Under the pieces are notes generated by a model. It searched no databases. It was not told the origin of the DNA and saw nothing but the letters and a program-made list of their open reading frames with translations. A DNA stretch of 33,730 nucleotides, taken from positions 1 through 33,730 of the IMG/VR virus record IMGVR_UViG_3300033067_001182. One strand, 5' to 3'. A program made the translations under genes and the position numbers. Origin of the DNA: a virus (lineage: Duplodnaviria; Caudoviricetes). Of the stretch, positions 1-7,121 are shown in pieces; position 1 is the stretch's first letter; each line of letters opens with the position of its first letter.

Positions 1-399
1 AAGTTTCTTCCAGCCGTGGATATCACCCGGCTGGCAGATTGGGTCTGGTAGGCCGATGGCCTCGATCAGGTCGGCCTCGCGCAGGTCGGCCCAGCTTAGG
101 TCGGCCCCGCGCAGGTCGGCCCCGTGCAGGTCGGCCCAGCTCAGGTCGGCCCCGCGCAGGTTGGCCTTGCGCAGGTCGGCCTCGCGCAGGTTGGCCCCGT
201 GCAGGTTGGCCCCGTGCAGGTTGGCCTTGCGCAGGTTGGCCCCGTGCAGGTCGGCTCCGATCAGGTTGGACATGCTCAGGTCGGCCCCGCTCAGGTTGGC
301 CAAGCTCAGGTTGGCCCCGGTCAGGTTGGCCTTGCTCAGGTCGGCCTTAATCAGCGGATCTCGCTTCGCCACAGCAGCCAGCACTTCGTCTCTCGTCAT
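1..399 (-). CDS. Pentapeptide-repeat protein (partial, runs off left edge), probably followed by a DUF5758-like domain
   Basis: Not in the ORF track. Manual translation from ATG at 399: MTRDEVLAAVAKRDPLIK-ADLSK-ANLTG-ANLSL...ADLRE-ADLIE-AIGLPDPICQPGDIHGWKKL, with 19 A[DN]Lxx units. The PGDIHGWKK motif resembles the domain that follows such repeats in phage proteins. Confidence 0.9.
   Translation of the reverse strand, partial: MTRDEVLAAVAKRDPLIKADLSKANLTGANLSLANLSGADLSMSNLIGADLHGANLRKANLHGANLHGANLREADLRKANLRGADLSWADLHGADLRGADLSWADLREADLIEAIGLPDPICQPGDIHGWKKL
61..345 (-). repeat. 19 x 15-bp imperfect coding tandem repeat (GCC-RAC-CTG-NNN-NNN)
   Basis: caggtcggc/caggttggc recurs every 15 bp and encodes the pentapeptide repeats. 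Confidence 0.9.
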
Positions 400-581
400 C
401 ACTCCAGCACTCCACACGGAAACACCCACGCGGCCAACAACATCCCGAGCAGGGCCAGCAGGCCGAGCACGTCATACCACAGGCCGAGAGTCCACGGGCG
501 ATCATCGGTGCCGGAGCCGACGGCCTGCGAGGATGCGCGGATCACACGCAGGCGACGGGCAAGGGTCAGGTGGTCAAGCAT
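399..581 (-). CDS. Small membrane protein (60 aa)
   Basis: GGAGGA RBS before ATG 581. C-terminal hydrophobic stretch LWYDVLGLLALLGMLLAAWVF. Stop overlaps the next ATG (TGATG). Confidence 0.6.
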   Translation of the reverse strand: MLDHLTLARRLRVIRASSQAVGSGTDDRPWTLGLWYDVLGLLALLGMLLAAWVFPCGVLE

Positions 582-787
582 GGATCGTCCTCCTCGGATC
601 TGCACTTCGGACACATCGTCCGACGTCTCCAACACTTCTTGCACGTGCACAGAGTCCGCCAGATCTTCCGGCATCCAGCGCACAACGGCGCCTCGCAGTC
701 CGCGCACCGTCGCATAGCACCCATGAGCACGGACTTTCCGCACGCCGGGCACCGATCTTTCTTACGGAGGATTACATGGTCAAGCAT
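566..787 (-). CDS. Cys-rich zinc-binding protein (73 aa)
   Basis: MLDHVILRKKDR-CPAC...CADC...CAGC...CKKC...CPKC. It fills the gap between its neighbours with short overlaps. Confidence 0.6.
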   Translation of the reverse strand: MLDHVILRKKDRCPACGKSVLMGAMRRCADCEAPLCAGCRKIWRTLCTCKKCWRRRTMCPKCRSEEDDPCLTT

Positions 788-1149
788 GGTAGCTGCCTCA
801 CAACAGCGCGGGGAAACGGGGAGAATTTGCGAGCGTGGCACAGAGCACGTTTGGCCTGCCGCTCCGAGGTGAACACTCGTGCGTACTCCAGCACGACAGT
901 CCGGCCCGGATCGCCAGGCCACGGACCCATCCAGCAGTTATGCTCAAGCTCGACGACCCACCGTCGCGTCACAGGCAGCGGTCCGAGAGCTACGCACTCG
1001 CGCGCATCCACAGGCCACGCGCACTCCGCGAGGTTTACCAGCACGATGCCGTTCCGCTGGACATCGTGCACGATCCCTATGCATCCATGCGCCTCGGACC
1101 CGTCCGCGACACGAACGATGTCCCCTTTTTTCAGCGGATTGGGAGTCAT
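772..1149 (-). CDS. Hypothetical protein with N-terminal KOW/SH3-like motif (125 aa)
   Basis: MTPNPLKKGDIVRVADGSEAHGCIGIV. ATG overlaps the upstream stop (ATGA) and has a GGAGG RBS. Confidence 0.65.
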   Translation of the reverse strand: MTPNPLKKGDIVRVADGSEAHGCIGIVHDVQRNGIVLVNLAECAWPVDARECVALGPLPVTRRWVVELEHNCWMGPWPGDPGRTVVLEYARVFTSERQAKRALCHARKFSPFPRAVVRQLPCLTM

Positions 1150-1448
1150 GGCTTTCGCTCCTCCAGTTCCGCGATCTTGCGTCGGATCACGTCCTCGCGG
1201 CATACCTGACACGGGTGGTATGACCCAATCCCATGCACGCACACCCCGACACTGATGCCCCAGATGCGAGTCGGGCTAGCAAGGACCCATCGCAGCGCGG
1301 CAATCCAGGCCGTGCGCTCGCAGTCGCTCAGCACGCTATGCAGGATCAATTTCGATCCGCAGTGCATACAGTATCCGTAGGGTGTACGCTGTGCCCCCGG
1401 ACCGCACATGGGGCACCAGTCGGACACGTCATCATTGGGGTTCAGCAT
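1146..1448 (-). CDS. Cys-rich hypothetical protein (100 aa)
   Basis: CPMC, CMHC, CVH and CQVC motifs; overlaps both neighbours in an operon. Confidence 0.6.
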   Translation of the reverse strand: MLNPNDDVSDWCPMCGPGAQRTPYGYCMHCGSKLILHSVLSDCERTAWIAALRWVLASPTRIWGISVGVCVHGIGSYHPCQVCREDVIRRKIAELEERKP

Positions 1449-1746
1449 CTGTGCGCTCCACTTCTCTGGCGATCACTCTCCGACCGATCTCCGTTTCGAT
1501 CTCCAGCAAGCCTTCCTCGGCCAGGAACTTGATTGCCCCCGCATACGCAGACAGGGCCATCGAGTCAATCTCGCCGTCGTCCCTATGGCACGCTTGCCGG
1601 ATCACGTCGCGGAGCAACAGGACAAGGTCACGACGGTCCACGCGCATCACGCGGTACTCATGGCACAGCTTCAGCACGACGTCGTTGAGTGGTCTGCGTT
1701 CGCGGCTCATCTCGCACTCGATCCGGCATAGTTCGTCGTTTGTCAT
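1432..1746 (-). CDS. Hypothetical protein (104 aa)
   Basis: AGGAGG RBS, ATGA coupling with the upstream gene, protein-like composition. Confidence 0.65.
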   Translation of the reverse strand: MTNDELCRIECEMSRERRPLNDVVLKLCHEYRVMRVDRRDLVLLLRDVIRQACHRDDGEIDSMALSAYAGAIKFLAEEGLLEIETEIGRRVIAREVERTDAEPQ

Positions 1747-1973
1747 CTCCCCTCCTGGATCTTCTCAATGGACTTGAGCCACCGATCAAACGCGGCCATC
1801 GCAGCCTTCAGCTCTCGCCGCACGACCGGACCCTTCCACTCATGCGGGCAGAGGGTATCGCTCTCCCACATGTCATCCGGCTGGCCCGGCATGGGCACGA
1901 GCAGCCGGTACACGCTATCGTGCATCCCGGCGCGAATGGATCGCCGCAGCGCGGCCAGTTCGGTCTTTGTCAC
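1743..1973 (-). CDS. Hypothetical protein (76 aa)
   Basis: AGGAGG RBS, GTGA coupling. Confidence 0.65.
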   Translation of the reverse strand: MTKTELAALRRSIRAGMHDSVYRLLVPMPGQPDDMWESDTLCPHEWKGPVVRRELKAAMAAFDRWLKSIEKIQEGR

Positions 1974-2305
1974 TGTGAGTCCTCCTGACGCTTGGTCGCC
2001 TGTTTGACTTCCATCTCACGCGCCATCCGCAAACAGAATCTCCGGCGGGCCAGCGCTCCGCGCTTGGTGGTTGGCCAGGAATACCCGTCATGCGGCCTTC
2101 TGACCAAGCCTAAGCGCTTCCTCATGACCGAGTACGTTTCCTCGGTAATCAATCCATCAGCCCACAGTTTCCCCAAGCATTTACATAGCCCGTAAGACCC
2201 GCAACTGCCGTCTACCGGAGATCCCGTCCGGGAGATACAGTCCGCCCGCCAATGCTCAGCCATCAGCAGCCACGCTTCGCGCTGGCTGAGTTTGCTTTTG
2301 CGCAT
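1970..2305 (-). CDS. Hypothetical protein (111 aa)
   Basis: Start reassigned to MRKSKLSQRE at 2305 (TGATG overlap with the upstream stop, GGAGG RBS). Confidence 0.6.
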   Translation of the reverse strand: MRKSKLSQREAWLLMAEHWRADCISRTGSPVDGSCGSYGLCKCLGKLWADGLITEETYSVMRKRLGLVRRPHDGYSWPTTKRGALARRRFCLRMAREMEVKQATKRQEDSQ

Positions 2306-2775
2306 CACTCGATCACCTCCCCGTGGCGCCGCGCCTGATCCCGCTCGACGGCGGCATCCACCTTCCGGCCCTCCGCTTCGTCGGCGGCGATCTCGATCCG
2401 GCGCGTCGCCTCGCAGTCCTCGCAGCGGATCGACTCGCTCAGCAGGTCGGCATCCGACAATTGCTCGGCGCACTCGTCGCAGTGCTGCGACTGGATCGGC
2501 GAGTCGCAGCGGATCTGGTCCCCGATGCTCGCCAGCACGCGCAGCGCGTCCGCGAGGCGCTGGCGCAGGTGCTTGATCTCCAGCTCCAGCCGCGCCACTT
2601 TTGCCACGGCATCAAGCGCCTTCCGGCTCTCCGCGGCCTTCTCTCCAGCCAGCAGCTCGCAGAGTTTCTGGCTATCCACCATCCGCGCATGGATCGCAGA
2701 GTTCGCCGCAAGCGCAGCGTCACGCTCCGCGATCAGGTCATTCACGAGTTCCTCTTTGTCGTGGTCGTACACCAT
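2305..2775 (-). CDS. Coiled-coil protein with C4 zinc ribbon (156 aa)
   Basis: Heptad-like N-terminal half; CDEC...CEDC; GGAGG RBS. Confidence 0.7.
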   Translation of the reverse strand: MVYDHDKEELVNDLIAERDAALAANSAIHARMVDSQKLCELLAGEKAAESRKALDAVAKVARLELEIKHLRQRLADALRVLASIGDQIRCDSPIQSQHCDECAEQLSDADLLSESIRCEDCEATRRIEIAADEAEGRKVDAAVERDQARRHGEVIE

Positions 2776-2779
2776 CTAC

Positions 2780-2986
2780 CTATCCTCCAGACTCCGGGCA
2801 TCGCTTTAGCGCGACGCTCGTGTTCCCAAGAACCCCACGCACGGCCATTAGAGATTTGCGGCACTTCGCGCACACGAAATGTTGAGCGCCGCAGAAACAC
2901 GCGGCTCGATAGATCCGCATTGTGTAGTGACAGTCGCCAACCAATTGCGTCGACTCTCGGCAGTAGTCACACGATCTGTCAGACAT
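2780..2986 (-). CDS. Cys-rich small protein (68 aa)
   Basis: AGGAG RBS before MSDRSCDYC...CFC...CAKC. Confidence 0.55.
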   Translation of the reverse strand: MSDRSCDYCRESTQLVGDCHYTMRIYRAACFCGAQHFVCAKCRKSLMAVRGVLGNTSVALKRCPESGG

Positions 2987-3095
2987 GACGAATCTCCTGC
3001 CGCCGGTGGTTGTTCCAGGCCACCGGCGGCTCCCCTGCGTACCAACCCCCAGAACCTGGTTACCGTGTAGCCCTCCCCACAATGGGGAGGGAAAG

Positions 3096-3350
3096 TTACT
3101 CGCCGTCTGCATCTCGCTTCCGGCACGTTCGCCGGTTGTGCCCGTGCTCGCCGCACAACGAGCACCGGCCGCCGTCGACCACGCGCCCGCGGGCGTACCG
3201 CTCCCGCGCCAGCTCGCGTCGGCGCGACAGACACCCCTCACAGAACGTTGACCCCACCGCGTGGTCGTCAACGGCACAGGACTCGCACAGCCCCGCGCCG
3301 ATCAGCCGCAACTGATGCTCTCGCTGCGGCGTCAGCTTCTTGCGTTTCAT
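3096..3350 (-). CDS. Zinc-finger protein with CCHC zinc knuckle (84 aa)
   Basis: CESC...CEGC plus CSLCGEHGHNRRTC (CxxCx4Hx4C). Confidence 0.7.
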   Translation of the reverse strand: MKRKKLTPQREHQLRLIGAGLCESCAVDDHAVGSTFCEGCLSRRRELARERYARGRVVDGGRCSLCGEHGHNRRTCRKRDADGE

Positions 3351-3784
3351 CCGCTCACCTTTTTCATCTCAAGGGTGTAGCTGCTCACCTCGCGCGGGCC
3401 GGACTTGGCAGCAGCTTCCACCGCTTTTGCCTCAGCCTCGCCCATCGCGCCAAGGAACGCTTCCTTCCACTTCACCGACTGTGGCTTCATGTTCGTCCGC
3501 ACGCTGGCGGCATACTGCCCCGGCGCGACCACCCCGCCAGCCCGCAGACGCCGAACGATTTCTTCCTTGGCGCGGGCGATCTGCCCCTCAAGGTACGCCA
3601 AGTGTTCCTCGTCCGCGGCCAGCGCCTCCAGCAGGGCTTGGTCGATGATGTCGGTCCCAGGCTTCGGGGCGAACGACTCGGCGTCGCTCTCGATTGCGAA
3701 CTCCCTCGGCTGCCGGACCCCCGGCGTGCTCTCCGGGCCGATCGTCTTTTCCGGCCGCTCGATCCGTCTGGTTTCCCTGCTCAT
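3347..3784 (-). CDS. Hypothetical protein in recombination module (145 aa)
   Basis: Probable start MSRETRRIE at 3784; helical central part; ATGA coupling to the downstream gene. Confidence 0.65.
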   Translation of the reverse strand: MSRETRRIERPEKTIGPESTPGVRQPREFAIESDAESFAPKPGTDIIDQALLEALAADEEHLAYLEGQIARAKEEIVRRLRAGGVVAPGQYAASVRTNMKPQSVKWKEAFLGAMGEAEAKAVEAAAKSGPREVSSYTLEMKKVSG

Positions 3785-3865
3785 GTTCACTTCCCCACAA
3801 CAAGCAAAACGTCCCACGGACACAGCATCAACAACCACACACAAACACAGCGCATGGGAAGGCTC

Positions 3866-4903
3866 CTAGAAAGGAATGTCGCTGGTGTCAACCTCGGTCA
3901 TGCTCGACGGCATCCCGGCGTCCACAACGTCCGTGGCCGCGGGAACGTACTTGTCAACGGCCGAGACGTTCTTGAACCCCTTGTTGTCGACGATGCGGAG
4001 CGTAGCCACATGGCCGACGAAATTCCGCGCCTGCTCCGCCACCGCAGGAGAGAACGTGCGGAACTCCCCCTGCTCAGTCACGATCAGCCACGACGCGCCA
4101 CCCTTGGTCGGCTTCTCGACGACGCTGCCAATCGCCGCCACGACGTCCCCAGCACCCGCTGGACGCGCGGCAGCCACAGCCGCCTGGACAATCGCCCCGA
4201 GCGCGGCGACGCGCTCCGGCTTCGTCGGCAACGCCCCGACCGGAGGCGGCTCCATTCCGGCGAACTGTTTCATGCGCAGCACGATCTTCTCGACGTTGTC
4301 GGCCGTCACGTCCATGCTGGACGACAGGCCGAACTCCGCGAGGATCTGCTTGCCGAATTCTTCGTCAATGCCGCACTCGTTGCGGACGGCGTGGAACCGC
4401 TTGGTCTGCACGGACAGACCAGACGCGGCCTGATGCGCGGCTGGCTTCTTCGCCGGCGCCGTTGCCGCCGCGACCAACTTCTTCGCCGGTTCCGCGTGGT
4501 TCCCGACGGCGTGATTCCCGTCGTCGTCCTCCTCGGCAGCAACGCCCAGAAGGGCGGTGATCGCATACCGCCGCAGGTATGTCAGGAGCGATCCAAACTT
4601 CTGCGGATCGGCCATGCTGGACAACGGGAGCACGCTATCCAGACTCCCGCCGCCGGCGTGCAGCAGGCGCGTGACCAACTTCCCGTCACCAAGAAGCTGT
4701 GTCAGCGCGAGGCCGTTCGCCGCCAGCGCGGGCCGAACGGCGTGAAGGATAGTGTCTAGTGGCGCGTACGCGAACTGGTACGATCCGCCAGACGCCATTT
4801 TAACCGTGACCGTGCGGTCACGGGGGATCGGGGGGAACGCCCCCTGAGCTTTCGCCAGCGCAGCGGCGATGTCCGCGGCCGGATTCCCGAGCTGCTGTTC
4901 CAT
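3866..4903 (-). CDS. erf: ERF-family ssDNA annealing protein with C-terminal extension ending in an SSB-like DIPF tail
   Basis: AALAKAQ...YAPLDTIL...PALAANGLALTQ...QKFGSLLTYLRRYAITALLGVAAEEDDDGN matches the ERF signature. The protein ends EVDTSDIPF. Confidence 0.9.
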   Translation of the reverse strand: MEQQLGNPAADIAAALAKAQGAFPPIPRDRTVTVKMASGGSYQFAYAPLDTILHAVRPALAANGLALTQLLGDGKLVTRLLHAGGGSLDSVLPLSSMADPQKFGSLLTYLRRYAITALLGVAAEEDDDGNHAVGNHAEPAKKLVAAATAPAKKPAAHQAASGLSVQTKRFHAVRNECGIDEEFGKQILAEFGLSSSMDVTADNVEKIVLRMKQFAGMEPPPVGALPTKPERVAALGAIVQAAVAAARPAGAGDVVAAIGSVVEKPTKGGASWLIVTEQGEFRTFSPAVAEQARNFVGHVATLRIVDNKGFKNVSAVDKYVPAATDVVDAGMPSSMTEVDTSDIPF

Positions 4904-4942
4904 TTCCCATCCTCCAAACGGTTATCAATAACGACAGCCCGG

Positions 4943-4970
4943 AGTATATCCCGCGTAAGACGGAAGTCAA
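4943..4970 (-). promoter_or_regulatory. Sigma70-like promoter of the early/recombination operon
   Basis: TTGACT-16 bp-TATACT on the minus strand, in an AT-rich gap about 40 bp upstream of erf (GGAGG RBS). Confidence 0.75.
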
Positions 4971-5002
4971 GAGCGAAAACAGAAAATATTTCGTGGTAGG
5001 CG

Positions 5003-5047
5003 AAAAAAAAAAGAACACGCATGACGCTAGTGCAACGTCATGCGTGT
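5003..5047 (-). terminator. Intrinsic terminator ending the late operon
   Basis: 12-bp perfect stem acacgcatgacg (5015-5026) / cgtcatgcgtgt (5036-5047), followed on the minus strand by TCTTTTTTTTTT, just downstream of the holin. Confidence 0.9.
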
Positions 5048-5073
5048 CTTGGAGGATAGGTGTCTGGTGAAGT

Positions 5074-5271
5074 CTACTTCGCGCCGGCCTTCTCGCTCGT
5101 GACGTTATTGTCGCGAGCAAAGAGCAGGCCGGCAGCCGCGCTCACGGCTGCCAGCACCGGCCCCCACTGCGGCACGGTCAGCGGGTCGGCGTCCAGCATC
5201 GGCTGGACAACGAACGTGATCGCGGCCACGACAATCGAGAGGACACCAGCCAGACTGGTTTTCCAGCTCAT
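5074..5271 (-). CDS. Putative holin (65 aa, 2 TM)
   Basis: MSWKTSLAGVLSIVVAAITFVV...WGPVLAAVSAAAGLLFARDNN...EKAGAK: two hydrophobic helices and a charged C-tail. It is the last late gene. Confidence 0.75.
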   Translation of the reverse strand: MSWKTSLAGVLSIVVAAITFVVQPMLDADPLTVPQWGPVLAAVSAAAGLLFARDNNVTSEKAGAK

Positions 5272-5501
5272 TTTGTTTCCTCCTCATCAGCAGCATCCGG
5301 CAGGCACCACCATCCAGCCGGCAAATCAACCTCACCCTCGATCCGGGCGCCGTCCGCTCCCCGGACCCACACCGGGACCCGGTGGAGGGTTTCCCGGATC
5401 TGTACTGGTCGGCCGTGGGACACCAAAATTGTCCGCGTCCCACCTGTGCAGCTCGGCACGCAAGCGAGCGCGCAAAGCAGGATCGTCAAGCGAGTCCTCA
5501 A
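5268..5501 (-). CDS. Lipoprotein, putative o-spanin (Rz1-like, 77 aa)
   Basis: TTG start with GGAGG RBS. Signal MRTRLTILLCALACVPS-C. Overlaps the 3' part of the upstream TM gene in another frame. Confidence 0.65.
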   Translation of the reverse strand: MRTRLTILLCALACVPSCTGGTRTILVSHGRPVQIRETLHRVPVWVRGADGARIEGEVDLPAGWWCLPDAADEEETK

Positions 5502-5604
5502 CCGTTGCCCTCCGAAACTCCCGATACGCGGCGATGATCGCCGGCAACGCCTCGCGGATTGCCGATCCGATCAGCACCCCGAGCCACGCCGCGAGCGCGT
5601 TCAT
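5332..5604 (-). CDS. Putative i-spanin (Rz-like, 90 aa)
   Basis: N-terminal TM segment (ALAAWLGVLIGSAI...IIAAY) followed by a helical region. Overlapping architecture with the lipoprotein gene. Confidence 0.55.
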   Translation of the reverse strand: MNALAAWLGVLIGSAIREALPAIIAAYREFRRATVEDSLDDPALRARLRAELHRWDADNFGVPRPTSTDPGNPPPGPGVGPGSGRRPDRG

Positions 5605-5813
5605 GGCCCGACCTCGACGCGCTTACAGAACATCTTCCCGGACGCATCCACGCCCACGATGAAGAACGCGTCATCCGGGACGTCGGCGTCGATCTTGATC
5701 TTGATATCTCCGTATCCGCGAAGCGCCCCGGCGCTTACAGCGGCCAGCTTGATGCCCGACACGTCCCGATTCACTTCGTCCCACAACGCGGAGATGTCGT
5801 TCTTCAGTTTCAT
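5601..5813 (-). CDS. Hypothetical protein (70 aa)
   Basis: Start reassigned to MKLKNDISALWD at 5813 (AGGAGG RBS); ATGA coupling to the next gene. Confidence 0.6.
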   Translation of the reverse strand: MKLKNDISALWDEVNRDVSGIKLAAVSAGALRGYGDIKIKIDADVPDDAFFIVGVDASGKMFCKRVEVGP

Positions 5814-5829
5814 CAGCCCTCCTGTCTCT

Positions 5830-6050
5830 CGACGGTGGGGTTGCTGGGCTTGGGGTGACATTGGTCCCCGTCTCTCCGGGGTGTCACGCCGATTCTGCGA
5901 CGGTGGCGTTCCCGCCGTCATCCGAACGATCCGTCCCTGCCGCCTCAGGACATCTGACATGAGCCTGGCGGGGCTGTCCGGATCGAAGGTGCATCCCTGG
6001 GAACATGACGGCACCGGTCACCCGGTGGTGCAGCGCCATTTCGCTGCGAT
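5830..6050 (-). ncRNA. Candidate structured RNA / 5' leader upstream of the lysis genes
   Basis: Several nested inverted repeats and a GUGA tetraloop hairpin (see findings). No convincing CDS. Confidence 0.4.
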
Positions 6051-6058
6051 GGTGAACT

Positions 6059-6325
6059 CTACAAGTGGTGTACCGTGTTTTTCAGCTTCCTGTCAACACC
6101 ATCCCACCTGCGACGCACAGGTTCATTGGTCCACTGATCCCCGCCGAGTTCCGCGCCGGTCGGCAACCGCGCCGCGGAATCGTTGTTAATGCCGACGCGC
6201 GACGCCTGGAATTGCAGCGGTTCATGTTCTGGCATCCCGCCACGCGGTTGACCGGGGTCAACAGCCGGCCCGCGGTTCTGAGACATGACAGCCCGCCTCA
6301 TTCTGGACATCGCTTCAGGACTCAC
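6059..6325 (-). CDS. Possible hypothetical protein (about 88 aa)
   Basis: Open frame filling the gap; start uncertain; no recognisable motif. Confidence 0.3.
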   Translation of the reverse strand: MSPEAMSRMRRAVMSQNRGPAVDPGQPRGGMPEHEPLQFQASRVGINNDSAARLPTGAELGGDQWTNEPVRRRWDGVDRKLKNTVHHL

Positions 6326-6479
6326 GTTGCACGTCCTTCTTCGGTGGCAAGCACCGAACATGCGCCGGTTGCCCCTTCGCATCACGGGTTGACGCCCCGC
6401 GACCGCAGAAGATACACGCCTCAATCCCGCCCTCACACTTCCACCCCTCGGGAAGCTGCGGCGTGTTCCAGTAGCCCAT
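6315..6479 (-). CDS. Small zinc-finger-like protein (54 aa)
   Basis: Manual translation MGYWNTPQLPEGWKCEGGIEACIFCGRGASTRDAKGQPAHVRCLPPKKDVQRES, with CxxC...HxxC. ATG directly follows the upstream TAA. Confidence 0.55.
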   Translation of the reverse strand: MGYWNTPQLPEGWKCEGGIEACIFCGRGASTRDAKGQPAHVRCLPPKKDVQRES

Positions 6480-6809
6480 TTACCGCTCCCGCATCATGCC
6501 CCAGATCGCAGCACCTGCCGACCCGAGCAGGCCGATCAGCAGGCCGATGAATTTCCCTGTCGCACTGTCGGCACGAGTCTCGAGGTGCGTAAGCCTTGCG
6601 CGACTAGCTTCCTCGCGCGCCGCAGCGCCAGCCTGCGCCTCGCGGATTGCGGCGACCTGTTCTCGGATCTCGTCGCGGAATTGTGCATTGTGTCGTGCGG
6701 CCTCCTCGTGATCCGACTTCAGTTGGTCAAGCAAGCGCGTGGTCAACCGTTCCGCGAAATCGTCCAGCTCGGCCATGACACTGCGCTCCCGTGCTGCTGC
6801 GGGTGGCAT
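6480..6809 (-). CDS. Coiled-coil protein with C-terminal TM helix (holin-accessory/XhlA-like architecture)
   Basis: Charged coiled coil then FIGLLIGLLGSAGAAIWGMM; GGAGG RBS. Confidence 0.7.
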   Translation of the reverse strand: MPPAAARERSVMAELDDFAERLTTRLLDQLKSDHEEAARHNAQFRDEIREQVAAIREAQAGAAAREEASRARLTHLETRADSATGKFIGLLIGLLGSAGAAIWGMMRER

Positions 6810-6823
6810 AGGCGCCTCCCCTA

Positions 6824-6925
6824 CTATCGGAACCTGAACCCGGAGTACCAGAATCCTACCAGCAGCACGAGTGCCGCGGCAAGCAACAGGAGCGCGAGCG
6901 TGGGGATTTCATCGTCTTGCGCCAC
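6824..6925 (-). CDS. Small single-TM protein (33 aa)
   Basis: GGAGG RBS then GTG: MAQDDEIPTLALLLLAAALVLLVGFWYSGFRFR. Confidence 0.5.
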   Translation of the reverse strand: MAQDDEIPTLALLLLAAALVLLVGFWYSGFRFR

Positions 6926-7121
6926 AACGCGCCTCCATCCAAAGGAATGTGCCGTCTGGCCTCGCGACCCACACCAGATTACGACCACCACTGCGTCGCT
7001 GGTCCATTACAGATCGCAGCCTGCCGCGCCAACCGTGTTTCCCCCTCCATCTCCGCACGACGACGCCCAACGCAGCAGATCGTTCTAGATTTCTCGCGCG
7101 CAATACAATATCTGGTGTCAC
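6909..7121 (-). CDS. Basic hypothetical protein (70 aa)
   Basis: GTGA coupling with the upstream nuclease gene; GGAGG RBS. Confidence 0.45.
   Translation of the reverse strand: MTPDIVLRARNLERSAALGVVVRRWRGKHGWRGRLRSVMDQRRSGGRNLVWVARPDGTFLWMEARCGARR

Noticed and set aside
61-345. 15-bp periodic repeat as a CRISPR array
   Set aside because: The units abut with no unique spacers and encode pentapeptide repeats. No cas genes are present.
6067-6096. Promoter at TTGACA (6091-6096, minus strand)
   Set aside because: The best -10 is TACACC at 18 bp, too weak to list as a feature.
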